A DNA stretch of 64,000 nucleotides, taken from the NCBI GenBank assembly GCA_051362555.1, contig CM120643.1:11160001-11224000 (forward strand). Direction: 5' to 3'. Under the pieces are notes generated by a model that searched no databases, had not been told where the DNA came from, and was given only the letters and a program-made list of their open reading frames with translations. Within the stretch, counting starts at the first letter, position 1; each line of letters starts with the position of its first letter. Below are positions 1 to 13,967 of this stretch, piece by piece. The position numbers and the translations under genes are program-made. The DNA is from Lingula anatina (Eukaryota; Animalia; Brachiopoda).

Positions 1-3000
1 AGTGGTGGTGTCAACATTAAGGAAGAAATAGAGCAAAAACTCTGTCTCCCCCCCCCCCCCTCTCAGATTCTGTTCTCAGAGCTTATTTTTGGATTATCTT
101 TAAAGCTAGAATTGGGGGCCTTGATGAAGTGACCCGGGCGCGTTTCCACATTTTTTATGAATGACAGGTGTGGTAGATTGATTTTCGTCACTTTTTGGAA
201 AAATCGGAGACGGGTCGATTTTTGGTGATTTTGAGTGATTTTGAACAGTGCCGGCACTGTGAGATTTCTTCAATTTTGGCCAGGTAGGGATGAAAATTTT
301 TTTTCTTCATTATAGTGTCAGGTAGGTGTGTTTGGTCATTTGTAGTAAGAATAAAGTGCTGGAAGAGTGGTGGTGTCAACATTAAGGAAGAAATAGAGCA
401 AAAACTCTGTCTCCCCCCCCCCCCTCTCAGATTCTGTTCTCAGAGCTTATTTTTGGATCATCTTTAAAGCTAGAATTGGGGGCCTTGATGAAGTGACCCG
501 GGCGCGTTTCCACATTTTTTATGAATGACAATTGTGGTAGATTGATTTTCGTCACTTTTTGGAAAAATCGGAGACGGGTCGATTTTTGGTGATTTTGAGT
601 GATTTTGAACAGTGCCGGCACTGTGAGATTTCTTCAATTTTGGCCAGATAGGGATGAAAATTTTTTTTCTTCATTATAGTGTCAGGTAGGTGTGTTCGGT
701 CATTTGTAGTAAGAATATAGTGCTGGAAGAGTGGTGGTGTCAACATTAAGGAAGAAATAGAGCAAAAACTCTGTCTCCCCCCCCCCCCCTCTCAGATTCT
801 CTTCTCAGAGCTTATTTTTGGATCATCTTTAAAGCTAGAATTGGGGGCCTTGATGAAGTGACCCGGGCGCGTTTCCACATTTTTTATGAATGAGAGGTGT
901 GGTAGATTGATTTTCGTCACTTTTTGGAAAAATCGGAGACGGGTCGATTTTTGGTGATTTTGAGTGATTTTGAACAGTGCCGGCACTGTGAGATTTCTTC
1001 AGTTTTGGCCAGTTAGGGATTAAAATTTTTTTTCTTCATTATAGTGTCAGATAGGTGTGTTTGGTCATTTGTAGTAAGAATAAAGTGCAGGAAGAGTGGT
1101 GGTGTCAACATTAAGGAAGAAATAGAGCAAAAACTCTGTCTCCCCCCCCTCTCAGATTCTGTTCTCAGAGCTTATTTTTGGATCATCTTTAAAGCTAGAA
1201 TTGGGGGCCTTGATGAAGTGACCCGGGCGCGTTTCCACATTTTTTATGAATGACAATTGTGGTAGATTGATTTTCGTCACTTTTTGGAAAAATCGGAGAC
1301 GGGTCGATTTTTGGTGATTTTGAGTGATTTTGAACAGTGCCGGCACTGTGAGATTTCTTCAATTTTGGCCAGATAGGGATGAAAATTTTTTTTCTTCATT
1401 ATAGTGTCAGGTAGGTGTGTTCGGTCATTTGTAGTAAGAATATAGTGCTGGAAGAGTGGTGGTGTCAACATTAAGGAAGAAATAGAGCAAAAACTCTGTC
1501 TCCCCCCCCCCCCCTCTCAGATTCTCTTCTCAGAGCTTATTTTTGGATCATCTTTAAAGCTAGAATTGGGGGCCTTGATGAAGTGACCCGGGCGCGTTTC
1601 CACATTTTTTATGAATGAGAGGTGTGGTAGATTGATTTTCGTCACTTTTTGGAAAAATCGGAGACGGGTCGATTTTTGGTGATTTTGAGTGATTTTGAAC
1701 AGTGCCGGCACTGTGAGATTTCTTCAGTTTTGGCCAGTTAGGGATTAAAATTTTTTTTCTTCATTATAGTGTCAGATAGGTGTGTTTGGTCATTTGTAGT
1801 AAGAATAAAGTGCTGGAAGAGTGGTGGTGTCAACATTAAGGAAGAAATAGAGCAAAAACTCTGTCTCCCCCCCCTCTCAGATTCTGTTCTCAGAGCTTAT
1901 TTTTGGATCATCTTTAAAGCTAGAATTGGGGGCCTTGATGAAGTGACCCGGGCGCGTTTCCACATTTTTTATGAATGACAGGTGTGGTAGATTGATTTTC
2001 GTCACTTTTTGGAAAAATCGGAGACGGGTCGATTTTTGGTGATTTTGAGTGATTTTGAACAGTGCCGGCACTGAGAGATTTCTTCAATTTTGGCCAGGTA
2101 GGGATGAAAATTTTTTTTCTTCATTATAGTGTCAGGTAGGTGTGTTCGGTCATTTGTAGTAAGAATAAAGTGCTGGAAGAGTGGTGGTGTCAACATTAAG
2201 GAAGAAATAGAGCAAAAACTCTGTCTCCCCCCCCTCTCAGATTCTGTTCTCAGAGCTTATTTTTGGATCATCTTTAAAGCTAGAATTGGGGGCCTTGATG
2301 AAGTGACCCGGGCGCGTTTCCACATTTTTTATGAATGACAGGTGTGGTAGATTTATTTTCGTCACTTTTTGGAAAAATCGGAGACGGGTCGATTTTTGGT
2401 GATTTTGAGTGATTTTGAACAGTGCCGGCACTGTGAGATTTATTCAATTTTGGCCAGGTAGGGATGAAAATTTTTTTTCTTCATTATAGTGTCAGGTAGG
2501 TGTGTTCGGTCATTTGTAGTAAGAATAAAGTGCTGGAAGAGTGGTGGTGTCAACATTAAGGAAGAAATAGAGCAAAAACTCTGTCTCCCCCCCCCCCTCT
2601 CAGATTCTGTTCTCAGAGCTTATTTTTGGATCATCTTTAAAGCTAGAATTGGGGGCCTTGATGAAGTGACCCGGGCACGTTTCCACATTTTTTATGAATG
2701 ACAGGTGTGGTAGATTGATTTTCGTCACTTTTTGGAAAAATCGGAGACGGGTCGATTTTTGGTGATTTTGAGTGATTTTGAACAGTGCCGGCACTGTGAG
2801 ATTTCTTCAATTTTGGCCAGGTAGGGATGAAAATTTTTTTCCTTCATTATAGTGTCAGGTAGGTGTGTTCGGTCATTTGTAGTAAGAATAAAGTGTTGGA
2901 AGAGTGGTGGTGTCAACATTAAGGAAGAAATAGAGCAAAAAATCTGTCTCCCCCCCCCCCCGCCCTCTTAGATTCTGTTCTCAGAGCTTATTTTTGGATC

Positions 3001-6000
3001 ATCTTTAAAGCTAGAATTGGGGGCCTTGATGAAGTGACCCGGGCGCGTTTCCACATTTTTTATGAATGACAGGTGTGGTAGATTGATTTTCGTCACTTTT
3101 TGGAAAAATCGGAGACGGGTCGATTTTTGGTGATTTTGAGTGATTTTGAACAGTGCCGGCACTGAGAGATTTCTTCAGTTTTGGCCAGGTAGGGATGAAA
3201 ATTTTTTTTCTTCATTATAGTGTCAGGTAGGTGTGTTCGGTCATTTGTAGTAAGAATAAAGTGCTGGAAGAGTGGTGGTGTCAACATTAAGGAAGAAATA
3301 GAGCAAAAACTCTGTCTCCCCCATCCCTCTCAGATTCTGTTCTCAGAGCTTATTTTTGGATCATCTTTAAAGCTAGAATTGGGGGCCTTGATGAAGTGAC
3401 CCGGGCGCGTTTCCACATTTTTTATGAATGACAGGTGTGGTAGATTGATTTTCGTCACTTTTTGGAAAAATCGGAGACGGGTCGATTTTTGGTGATTTTG
3501 AGTGATTTTGAACAGTGCCGGCACTGAGAGATTTCTTCAATTTTGGCCAGGTAGGGATGAAAATTTTTTTTCTTCATTATAGTGTCAGGTAGGTGTGTTC
3601 GGTCATTTGTAGTAAGAATAAAGTGCTGGAAGAGTGGTGGTGTCAACATTAAGGAAGAAATAGAGCAAAAACTCTGTCTCCCCCCCCTCTCAGATTCTGT
3701 TCTCAGAGCTTATTTTTGGATCATCTTTAAAGCTAGAATTGGGGGCCTTGATGAAGTGACCCGGGCGCGTTTCCACATTTTTTATGAATGACAGGTGTGG
3801 TAGATTTATTTTCGTCACTTTTTGGAAAAATCGGAGACGGGTCGATTTTTGGTGATTTTGAGTGATTTTGAACAGTGCCGGCACTGTGAGATTTATTCAA
3901 TTTTGGCCAGGTAGGGATGAAAATTTTTTTTCTTCATTATAGTGTCAGGTAGGTGTGTTCGGTCATTTGTAGTAAGAATAAAGTGCTGGAAGAGTGGTGG
4001 TGTCAACATTAAGGAAGAAATAGAGCAAAAACTCTGTCTCCCCCCCCCCCCTCTCAGATTCTGTTCTCAGAGCTTATTTTTGGATCATCTTTAAAGCTAG
4101 AATTGGGGGCCTTGATGAAGTGACCCGGGCACGTTTCCACATTTTTTATGAATGACAGGTGTGGTAGATTGATTTTCGTCACTTTTTGGAAAAATCGGAG
4201 ACGGGTCGATTTTTGGTGATTTTGAGTGATTTTGAACAGTGCCGGCACTGTGAGATTTCTTCAATTTTGGCCAGGTAGGGATGAAAATTTTTTTCCTTCA
4301 TTATAGTGTCAGGTAGGTGTGTTCGGTCATTTGTAATAAATATAAAGTGCTGGAAGAGTGGTGGTGTCAACATTAAGGAAGAAATAGAGCAAAAACTCTG
4401 TCTCCCCCATCCCTCTCAGATTCTGTTCTCAGAGCTTATTTTTGGATCATCTTTAAAGCTAGAATTGGGGGCCTTGATGAAGTGACCCGGGCGCGTTTCC
4501 ACATTTTTTATGAATGACAGGTGTGGTAGATTGATTTTCGTCACTTTTTGGAAAAATCGGAGACGGGTCGATTTTTGGTGATTTTGAGTGATTTTGAACA
4601 GTGCCGGCACTGTGAGATTTCTTCAATTTTGGCCAGATAGGGATGAAAATTTTTTTTCTTCATTATAGTGTCAGGTAGGTGTGTTTGGTCATTTGTAGTA
4701 AGAATAAAGTGCTGGAAGAGTGGTGGTGTCAACATTAAGGAAGAAATAGAGCAAAAACTCTGTCTCCCCCCCCCTCTCAGATTCTGTTCTCAGAGCTTAT
4801 TTTTGGATCATCTTTAAAGCTAGAATTGGGGGCCTTGATGAAGTGACCCGGGTGCGTTTCCACATTTTTTATGAATGACAGGTGTGGTAGATTGATTTTC
4901 GTCACTTTTTGGAAAAAATCGGAGACGGGTCGATTTTTGGTGATTTTGAGTGATTTTGAACAGTGCCGGCACTGTGAGATTTCTTCAATTTTGGCCAGGT
5001 AGGGATGAAAATTTTTTTCCTTCATTATAGTGTCAGGTAGGTGTGTTCGGTCATTTGTAGTAAGAATAAAGTGCTGGAAGAGTGGTGGTTTCAACATTAA
5101 GGATGAAATAGAGCAAAAACTCTGTCTCCCCCATCCCTCTCAGATTCTGTTCTCAGAGCTTATTTTTGGATCATCTTTAAAGCTAGAATTGGGGGCCTTG
5201 ATGAAGTAACCCGGGCGCGTTTCCACATTTTTTATGAATGACAGGTGTGGTAGATTGATTTTCGTCACTTTTTGGAAAAATCGGAGACGGGTCGATTTTT
5301 GGTGATTTTGAGTGATTTTGAACAGTGCCGGCACTGTGAGATTTCTTCAATTTTGGCCAGGTAGGGATGAAAATTTTTTTTCTTCATTATAGTGTCAGGT
5401 AGGTGTGTTCGGTCATTTGTAGTAAGAATAAAGTGCTGGAAGAGTGGTGGTGTCAACATTAAGGAAGAAATAGAGCAAAAACTCTGTCTCCCCCCCCCCC
5501 TCTCAGATTCTGTTCTCAGAGCTTATTTTTGGATCATCTTTAAAGCTAGAATTGGGGGCCTTGATGAAGTGACCCGGGCGCGTTTCCACATTTTTTATGA
5601 ATGACAGGTGTGGTAGATTGATTTTCGTCACTTTTTGGAAAAATCGGAGACGGGTCGATTTTTGGTGATTTTGAGTGATTTTGAACAGTGCCGGCACTGT
5701 GAGATTTCTTCAATTTTGGCCAGATAGGGATGAAAATTTTTTTTCTTCATTATAGTGTCAGGTAGGTGTGTTTGGTCATTTGTAGTAAGAATAAAGTGCT
5801 GGAAGAGTGGTGGTGTCAACATTAAGGAAGAAATAGAGCAAAAACTCTGTCTCCCCCCCCCCCCCCCCTCTCAGATTCTGTTCTCAGAGCTTATTTTTGG
5901 ATTATCTTTAAAGCTAGAATTGGGGGCCTTGATGAAGTGACCCGGGCGCGTTTCCACATTTTTTATGAATGACAGGTGTGGTAGATTGATTTTCGTCACT

Positions 6001-9000
6001 TTTTGGAAAAATCGGAGATGGGTCGATTTTTGGTGATTTTGAGTGATTTTGAACAGTGCCGGCACTGTGAGATTTCTTCAATTTTGGCCAGGTAGGGATG
6101 AAAATTTTTTTTCTTCATTATAGTGTCAGGTAGGTGTGTTTGGTCATTTGTAGTAAGAATAAAGTGCTGGAAGAGTGGTGGTGTCAACATTAAGGAAGAA
6201 ATAGAGCAAAAACTCTGTCTCCCCCCCCCCTCTCAGATTCTGTTCTCAGAGTATTTTTGGATCATCTTTAAAGCTAGAATTGGGGGCCTTGATGAAGTGA
6301 CCCGGGCGCGTTTCCACATTTTTTATGAATGACAGGTGTGGTAGATTGATTTTCGTCACTTTTTGGAAAAATCGGAGACGGGTCGATTTTTGGTGATTTT
6401 GAGTGATTTTGAACAGTGCCGGCACTGTGAGATTTCTTCAATTTTGGCCAGGTAGGGATGAAAATTTTTTTTCTTCATTATAGTGTCAGATAGGTGTGTT
6501 CGGTCATTTGTAGTAAGAATAAAGTGCTGGAAGAGTGGTGGTGTCAACATTAAGGAAGAAATAGAGCAAAAACTCTGTCTCCCCCCCCCTCTCAGATTCT
6601 GTTCTCAGAGCTTATTTTTGGATCATCTTTAAAGCTAGAATTGGGGGCCTTGATGAAGTGACCCGGGTGCGTTTCCACATTTTTTATGAATGACAGGTGT
6701 GGTAGATTGATTTTCGTCACTTTTTGGAAAAAATCGGAGACGGGTCGATTTTTGGTGATTTTGAGTGATTTTGAACAGTGCCGGCACTGTGAGATTTCTT
6801 CAATTTTGGCCAGGTAGGGATGAAAATTTTTTTCCTTCATTATAGTGTCAGGTAGGTGTGTTCGGTCATTTGTAGTAAGAATAAAGTGCTGGAAGAGTGG
6901 TGGTTTCAACATTAAGGATGAAATAGAGCAAAAACTCTGTCTCCCCCATCCCTCTCAGATTCTGTTCTCAGAGCTTATTTTTGGATCATCTTTAAAGCTA
7001 GAATTGGGGGCCTTGATGAAGTAACCCGGGCGCGTTTCCACATTTTTTATGAATGACAGGTGTGGTAGATTGATTTTCGTCACTTTTTGGAAAAATCGGA
7101 GACGGGTCGATTTTTGGTGATTTTGAGTGATTTTGAACAGTGCCGGCACTGTGAGATTTCTTCAATTTTGGCCAGGTAGGGATGAAAATTTTTTTTCTTC
7201 ATTATAGTGTCAGGTAGGTGTGTTCGGTCATTTGTAGTAAGAATAAAGTGCTGGAAGAGTGGTGGTGTCAACATTAAGGAAGAAATAGAGCAAAAACTCT
7301 GTCTCCCCCCCCCCTCTCAGATTCTGTTCTCAGAGCTTATTTTTGGATCATCTTTAAAGCTAGAATTGGGGGCCTTGATGAAGTGACCCGGGCGCGTTTC
7401 CACATTTTTTATGAATGACAGGTGTGGTAGATTGATTTTCGTCACTTTTTGGAAAAATCGGAGACGGGTCGATTTTTGGTGATTTTGAGTGATTTTGAAC
7501 AGTGCCGGCACTGTGAGATTTCTTCAATTTTGGCCAGATAGGGATGAAAATTTTTTTTCTTCATTATAGTGTCAGGTAGGTGTGTTTGGTCATTTGTAGT
7601 AAGAATAAAGTGCTGGAAGAGTGGTGGTGTCAACATTAAGGAAGAAATAGAGCAAAAACTCTGTCTCCCCCCCCCCCCCCCCCCTCTCAGATTCTGTTCT
7701 CAGAGCTTATTTTTGGATTATCTTTAAAGCTAGAATTGGGGGCCTTGATGAAGTGACCCGGGCGCGTTTCCACATTTTTTATGAATGACAGGTGTGGTAG
7801 ATTGATTTTCGTCACTTTTTGGAAAAATCGGAGACGGGTCGATTTTTGGTGATTTTGAGTGATTTTGAACAGTGCCGGCACTGTGAGATTTCTTCAATTT
7901 TGGCCAGGTAGGGATGAAAATTTTTTTTCTTCATTATAGTGTCAGGTAGGTGTGTTTGGTCATTTGTAGTAAGAATAAAGTGCTGGAAGAGTGGTGGTGT
8001 CAACATTAAGGAAGAAATAGAGCAAAAACTCTGTCTCCCCCCCCCCTCTCAGATTCTGTTCTCAGAGTATTTTTGGATCATCTTTAAAGCTAGAATTGGG
8101 TGCCTTGATGAAGTGACCCGGGCGCGTTTCCACATTTTTTATGAATGACAGGTGTGGTAGATTGATTTTCGTCACTTTTTGGAAAAATCGGAGACGGGTC
8201 GATTTTTGGTGATTTTGAGTGATTTTGAACAGTGCCGGCACTGTGAGATTTCTTCAATTTTGGCCAGGTAGGGATGAAAATTTTTTTTCTTCATTATAGT
8301 GTCAGATAGGTGTGTTCGGTCATTTGTAGTAAGAATAAAGTGCTGGAAGAGTGGTGGTGTCAACATTAAGGAAGAAATAGAGCAAAAACTCTGTCTCCCC
8401 CCCCCTCTCAGATTCTGTTCTCAGAGCTTATTTTTGGATCATCTTTAAAGCTAGAATTGGGGGCCTTGATGAAGTGACCCGGGCGCGTTTCCACATTTTT
8501 TTTGAATGACAGGTGTGGTAGATTGATTTTCGTCACTTTTTGGAAAAATCGGAGACGGGTCGGTTTTTGGTGATTTTGAGTGATTTTGAACAGTGCCGGC
8601 ACTGTGAGATTTCTTCAATTTTGGCCAGGTAGGGATGAAAATTTTTTTTCTTCATTATAGTGTCAGGTAGGTGTGTTCGGTCATTTGTAGTAAGAATAAA
8701 GTGCTGGAAGAGTGGTGGTGTCAACATTAAGGAAGAAATAGAGCAAAAACTCTGTCTCCCCCCCCCCCTCTCAGATTCTGTTCTCAGAGCTTATTTTTGG
8801 ATCATCTTTAAAGCTAGAATTGGGGGCCTTGATGAAGTGACCCGGGCGCGTTTCCACATTTTTTATGAATGACAGGTGTGGTAGATTGATTTTCGTCACT
8901 TTTTGGAAAAATCGGAGACGGGTCGATTTTTGGTGATTTTGAGTGATTTTGAACAGTGCCGGCACTGTGAGATTTCTTCAATTTTGGCCAGGTAGGGATG

Positions 9001-12000
9001 AAAATTTTTTTTCTTCATTATAGTGTCAGGTAGGTGTGTTTGGTCATTTGTAGTAAGAATAAAGTGCTGGAAGAGTGGTGGTGTCAATATTAAGGAAGAA
9101 ATAGAGCAAAAACTCTGTCTCCCCCCCCCCTCTCAGATTCTGTTCTCAGAGCTTATTTTTGGATCATCTTTAAAGCTAGAATTGGGGGCCTTGATGAAGT
9201 GACCCGGGCGCGTTTCCACATTTTTTATGAATGACAGGTGTGGTAGATTGATTTTCGTCACTTTTTGGAAAAATCGGAGACGGGTCGATTTTTGGTGATT
9301 TTGAGTGATTTTGAACAGTGCCGGCACTGTGAGATTTCTTCAATTTTGGCCAGATAGGGATGAAAATTTTTTTTCTTCATTATAGTGTCAGGTAGGTGTG
9401 TTCGGTCATTTGTAGTAAGAATATAGTGCTGGAAGAGTGGTGGTGTCAACATTAAGGAAGAAATAGAGCAAAAACTCTGTCTCCCCCCCCCCCCCCCTCT
9501 CAGATTCTCTTCTCAGAGCTTATTTTTGGATCATCTTTAAAGCTAGAATTGGGGGCCTTGATGAAGTGACCCGGGCGCGTTTCCACATTTTTTATGAATG
9601 AGAGGTGTGGTAGATTGATTTTCGTCACTTTTTGGAAAAATCGGAGACGGGTCGATTTTTGGTGATTTTGAGTGATTTTGAACAGTGCCGGCACTGTGAG
9701 ATTTCTTCAGTTTTGGCCAGTTAGGGATTAAAATTTTTTTTCTTCATTATAGTGTCAGATAGGTGTGTTTGGTCATTTGTAGTAAGAATAAAGTGCTGGA
9801 AGAGTGGTGGTGTCAACATTAAGGAAGAAATAGAGCAAAAACTCTGTCTCCCCCCCCTCTCAGATTCTGTTCTCAGAGCTTTTTTTTGGATCATCTTTAA
9901 AGCTAGAATTGGGGGCCTTGATGAAGTGACCCGGGCGCGTTTCCACATTTTTTATGAATGACAGGTGTGGTAGATTGATTTTCGTCACTTTTTGGAAAAA
10001 TCGGAGACGGGTCGATTTTTGGTGATTTTGAGTGATTTTGAACAGTGCCGGCACTGAGAGATTTCTTCAATTTTGGCCAGGTAGGGATGAAAATTTTTTT
10101 TCTTCATTATAGTGTCAGGTAGGTGTGTTCGGTCATTTGTAGTAAGAATAAAGTGCTGGAAGAGTGGTGGTGTCAACATTAAGGAAGAAATAGAGCAAAA
10201 ACTCTGTCTCCCCCCCCTCTCAGATTCTGTTCTCAGAGCTTATTTTTGGATCATCTTTAAAGCTAGAATTGGGGGCCTTGATGAAGTGACCCGGGCGCGT
10301 TTCCACATTTTTTATGAATGACAGGTGTGGTAGATTTATTTTCGTCACTTTTTGGAAAAATCGGAGACGGGTCGATTTTTGGTGATTTTGAGTGATTTTG
10401 AACAGTGCCGGCACTGTGAGATTTCTTCAATTTTGGCCAGGTAGGGATGAAAATTTTTTTCCTTCATTATAGTGTCAGGTAGGTGTGTTCGGTCATTTGT
10501 AGTAAGAATAAAGTGCTGGAAGAGTGGTGGTGTCAACATTAAGGAAGAAATAGAGCAAAAAATCTGTCTCCCCCCCCCCGCCCTCTTAGATTCTCTTCTC
10601 AGAGCTTATTTTTGGATCATCTTTAAAGCTAGAATTGGGGGCCTTGATGAAGTGACCCGGGCGCGTTTCCACATTTTTTATGAATGACAGGTGTGGTAGA
10701 TTGATTTTCGTCACTTTTTGGAAAAATCGGAGACGGGTCGATTTTTGGTGATTTTGAGTGATTTTGAACAGTGCCGGCACTGAGAGATTTCTTCAATTTT
10801 GGCCAGGTAGGGATGAAAATTTTTTTTCTTCATTATAGTGTCAGGTAGGTGTGTTCGGTCATTTGTAGTAAGAATAAAGTGCTGGAAGAGTGGTGGTGTC
10901 AACATTAAGGAAGAAATAGAGCAAAAACTCTGTCTCCCCCATCCCTCTCAGATTCTGTTCTCAGAGCTTATTTTTGGATCATCTTTAAAGCTAGAATTGG
11001 GGGCCTTGATGAAGTGACCCGGGCGCGTTTCCACATTTTTTATGAATGACAGGTGTGGTAGATTGATTTTCGTCACTTTTTGGAAAAATCGGAGACGGGT
11101 CGATTTTTGGTGATTTTGAGTGATTTTGAACAGTGCCGGCACTGTGAGATTTCTTCAATTTTGGCCAGATAGGGATGAAAATTTTTTTTCTTCATTATAG
11201 TGTCAGATAGGTGTGTTTGGTCATTTGTAGTAAGAATAAAGTGCTGGAAGAGTGGTGGTGTCAACATTAAGGAAGAAATAGAGCAAAAACTCTGTCTCCC
11301 CCCCCCCCTCTCAGATTCTGTTCTCAGAGCTTATTTTTGGATTATCTTTAAAGCTAGAATTGGGGGCCTTGATGAAGTGACCCGGGCGCGTTTCCACATT
11401 TTTTATGAATGACAGGTGTGGTAGATTGATTTTCATCACTTTTTGGAAAAATCGGAGACGGGTCGATTTTTGGTGATTTTGAGTGATTTTGAACAGTGCC
11501 GGCACTGTGAGATTTCTTCAATTTTGGCCAGTTAGGGATTAAAATTTTTTTTCTTCATTATAGTGTCAGATAGGTGTGTTTGGTCATTTGTAGTAAGAAT
11601 AAAGTGCTGGAAGAGTGGTGGTGTCAACATTAAGGAAGAAATAGAGCAAAAACTCTGTCTCCCCCCCCCTCTCAGATTCTGTTCTCAGAGCTTATTTTTG
11701 GATCATCTTTAAAGCTAGAATTGGGGGCCTTGATGAAGTGACCCGGGTGCGTTTCCACATTTTTTATGAATGACAGGTGTGGTAGATTGATTTTCGTCAC
11801 TTTTTGGAAAAAATCGGAGACGGGTCGATTTTTGGTGATTTTGAGTGATTTTGAACAGTGCCGGCACTGTGAGATTTCTTCAATTTTGGCCAGGTAGGGA
11901 TGAAAATTTTTTTCCTTCATTATAGTGTCAGGTAGGTGTGTTCGGTCATTTGTAGTAAGAATAAAGTGCTGGAAGAGTGGTGGTTTCAACATTAAGGAAG

Positions 12001-12677
12001 AAATAGAGCAAAAACTCTGTCTCCCCCATCCCTCTCAGATTCTGTTCTCAGAGCTTATTTTTGGATCATCTTTAAAGCTAGAATTATGGGCCTTGATGAA
12101 GTAACCCGGGCGCGTTTCCACATTTTTTATGAATGACAGGTGTGGTAGATTGATTTTCGTCACTTTTTGGAAAAATCGGAGACGGGTCGATTTTTGGTGA
12201 TTTTGAGTGATTTTGAACAGTGCCGGCACTGTGAGATTTCTTCAATTTTGGCCAGGTAGGGATGAAAATTTTTTTTCTTCATTATAGTGTCAGGTAGGTG
12301 TGTTCGGTCATTTGTAGTAAGAATAAAGTGCTGGAAGAGTGGTGGTGTCAACATTAAGGAAGAAATAGAGCAAAAACTCTGTCTCCCCCCCCCCTCTCAG
12401 ATTCTGTTCTCAGAGCTTATTTTTGGATCATCTTTAAAGCTAGAATTGGGGGCCTTGATGAAGTGACCCGGGCGCGTTTCCACATTTTTTATGAATGACA
12501 GGTGTGGTAGATTGATTTTCGTCACTTTTTGGAAAAATCGGAGACGGGTCGATTTTTGGTGATTTTGAGTGTTTTTGAACAGTGCCGGTGTAACATGAAA
12601 ATCTGACTCCTATGAAAATGTGACTCCCCAGTCAGATTTTCATTATGAAAATGTGACTCCCCAGTCAGATTTTCATG

Positions 12678-13600
12678 ATGAAAATCTGACTCCCCCCATG
12701 ATAATTTGACTCCCCCTCCACAAAACTTCATACATCTTATTTTATTTGAGTATATGACTGTGATCTTGTAGTATGTAAAAAGTAGGATAGATTGGCACAT
12801 TTTTTTGTAGTTTGCAGTGAAAATTCAAATGAAAAAATAAGAAAGATAAAAATGTGCACATAATGAAAATCTGACTCCCCCGTGAAAATTTGACTCCCCC
12901 ATCATAAAACTTCATAAATCTTATTTTATTTTGGGTATATGACTGTAATCTTGTAGTATGTAAAATGGAGGATACATTGGCACATTTTTTGTAGTTTGCA
13001 GTGAAAATTCAAATGAAAAAATAAGAAAAATAAAAATGTGCACATAATGAAAATCTGACTCCCCTGTGAAAATTTGACTCCCCCATCATAAAACTTCATA
13101 AATCTTATTTTATTTTGGGTATATGACTGTAATCTTGTAGTATGTAAAAAGGAGGATAGATTGGCACATTTTTGTGTAGTTTGCAGTGGAAATTTTAATG
13201 AAAAAATAAGAAAATTAAAAATGAGCACATAATGAAAATCTGACTCCCCCATGAAAATTTGACTCCCCCATCATAAAACTTTATAAATCTTATTTTATTT
13301 TGAGTATATGACTGTGATCTTGTAGTATGTGAAAAGGAGGATAGATTGGCACATTTTTTGTAGTTTGCAGGTGAAAAATTATGTGAAAAAGTAAGAAAAT
13401 TAAAAATGAGCAAATAATGAAAATCTGACTCCCCCATGAAAATATGACTGCCCCTCCACAAAACTTCATAAATCTTATTTTATTTTGAGTATGTGACTGT
13501 GATCTTGTAGTATGTGAAATGGAGGATACATTGGCGCTTTTTTGTAATTTGCAGGTGAAAATTTTCATGAAAAAATAAGAAAATTAAAAATGTCCACTTA
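12678..13600 (+). repeat. Left arm of the foldback element: 5 tandem ~185-bp units
   Basis: ATGAAAATCTGACTCCCC unit starts at 12678, 12863, 13047, 13232 and 13417. Confidence 0.92.
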
Positions 13601-13967
13601 ATCGCCTATTGTCTCCCCTATGAAAAAGTTATTTAATATTTGATGATCATTTCAACACCTTTTCTTTTAGGATACTTTATGAAAAATATATTGGAAATAT
13701 TTAAAGGTTTGACGATAAAATAGTGAAAGCATGAAAAGGAAATCATGAAAATCTTTATTTTTACACCCATGAGATTTGGACTCCCATTGAGAAAAGGACC
13801 TATTTTATATTCAGTCACCATACCACTGTTTTCCACATAGTTTGCATAGAGATGGATATTTTGTCATTATTTGAAAGTTTGATGATGAAAATTTTGGTCA
13901 ATATTTTTAAAACAAGTATCCATCTTTATCCTTGTAGGTTTTGCACTCCCATGTCAAAACACTACAT

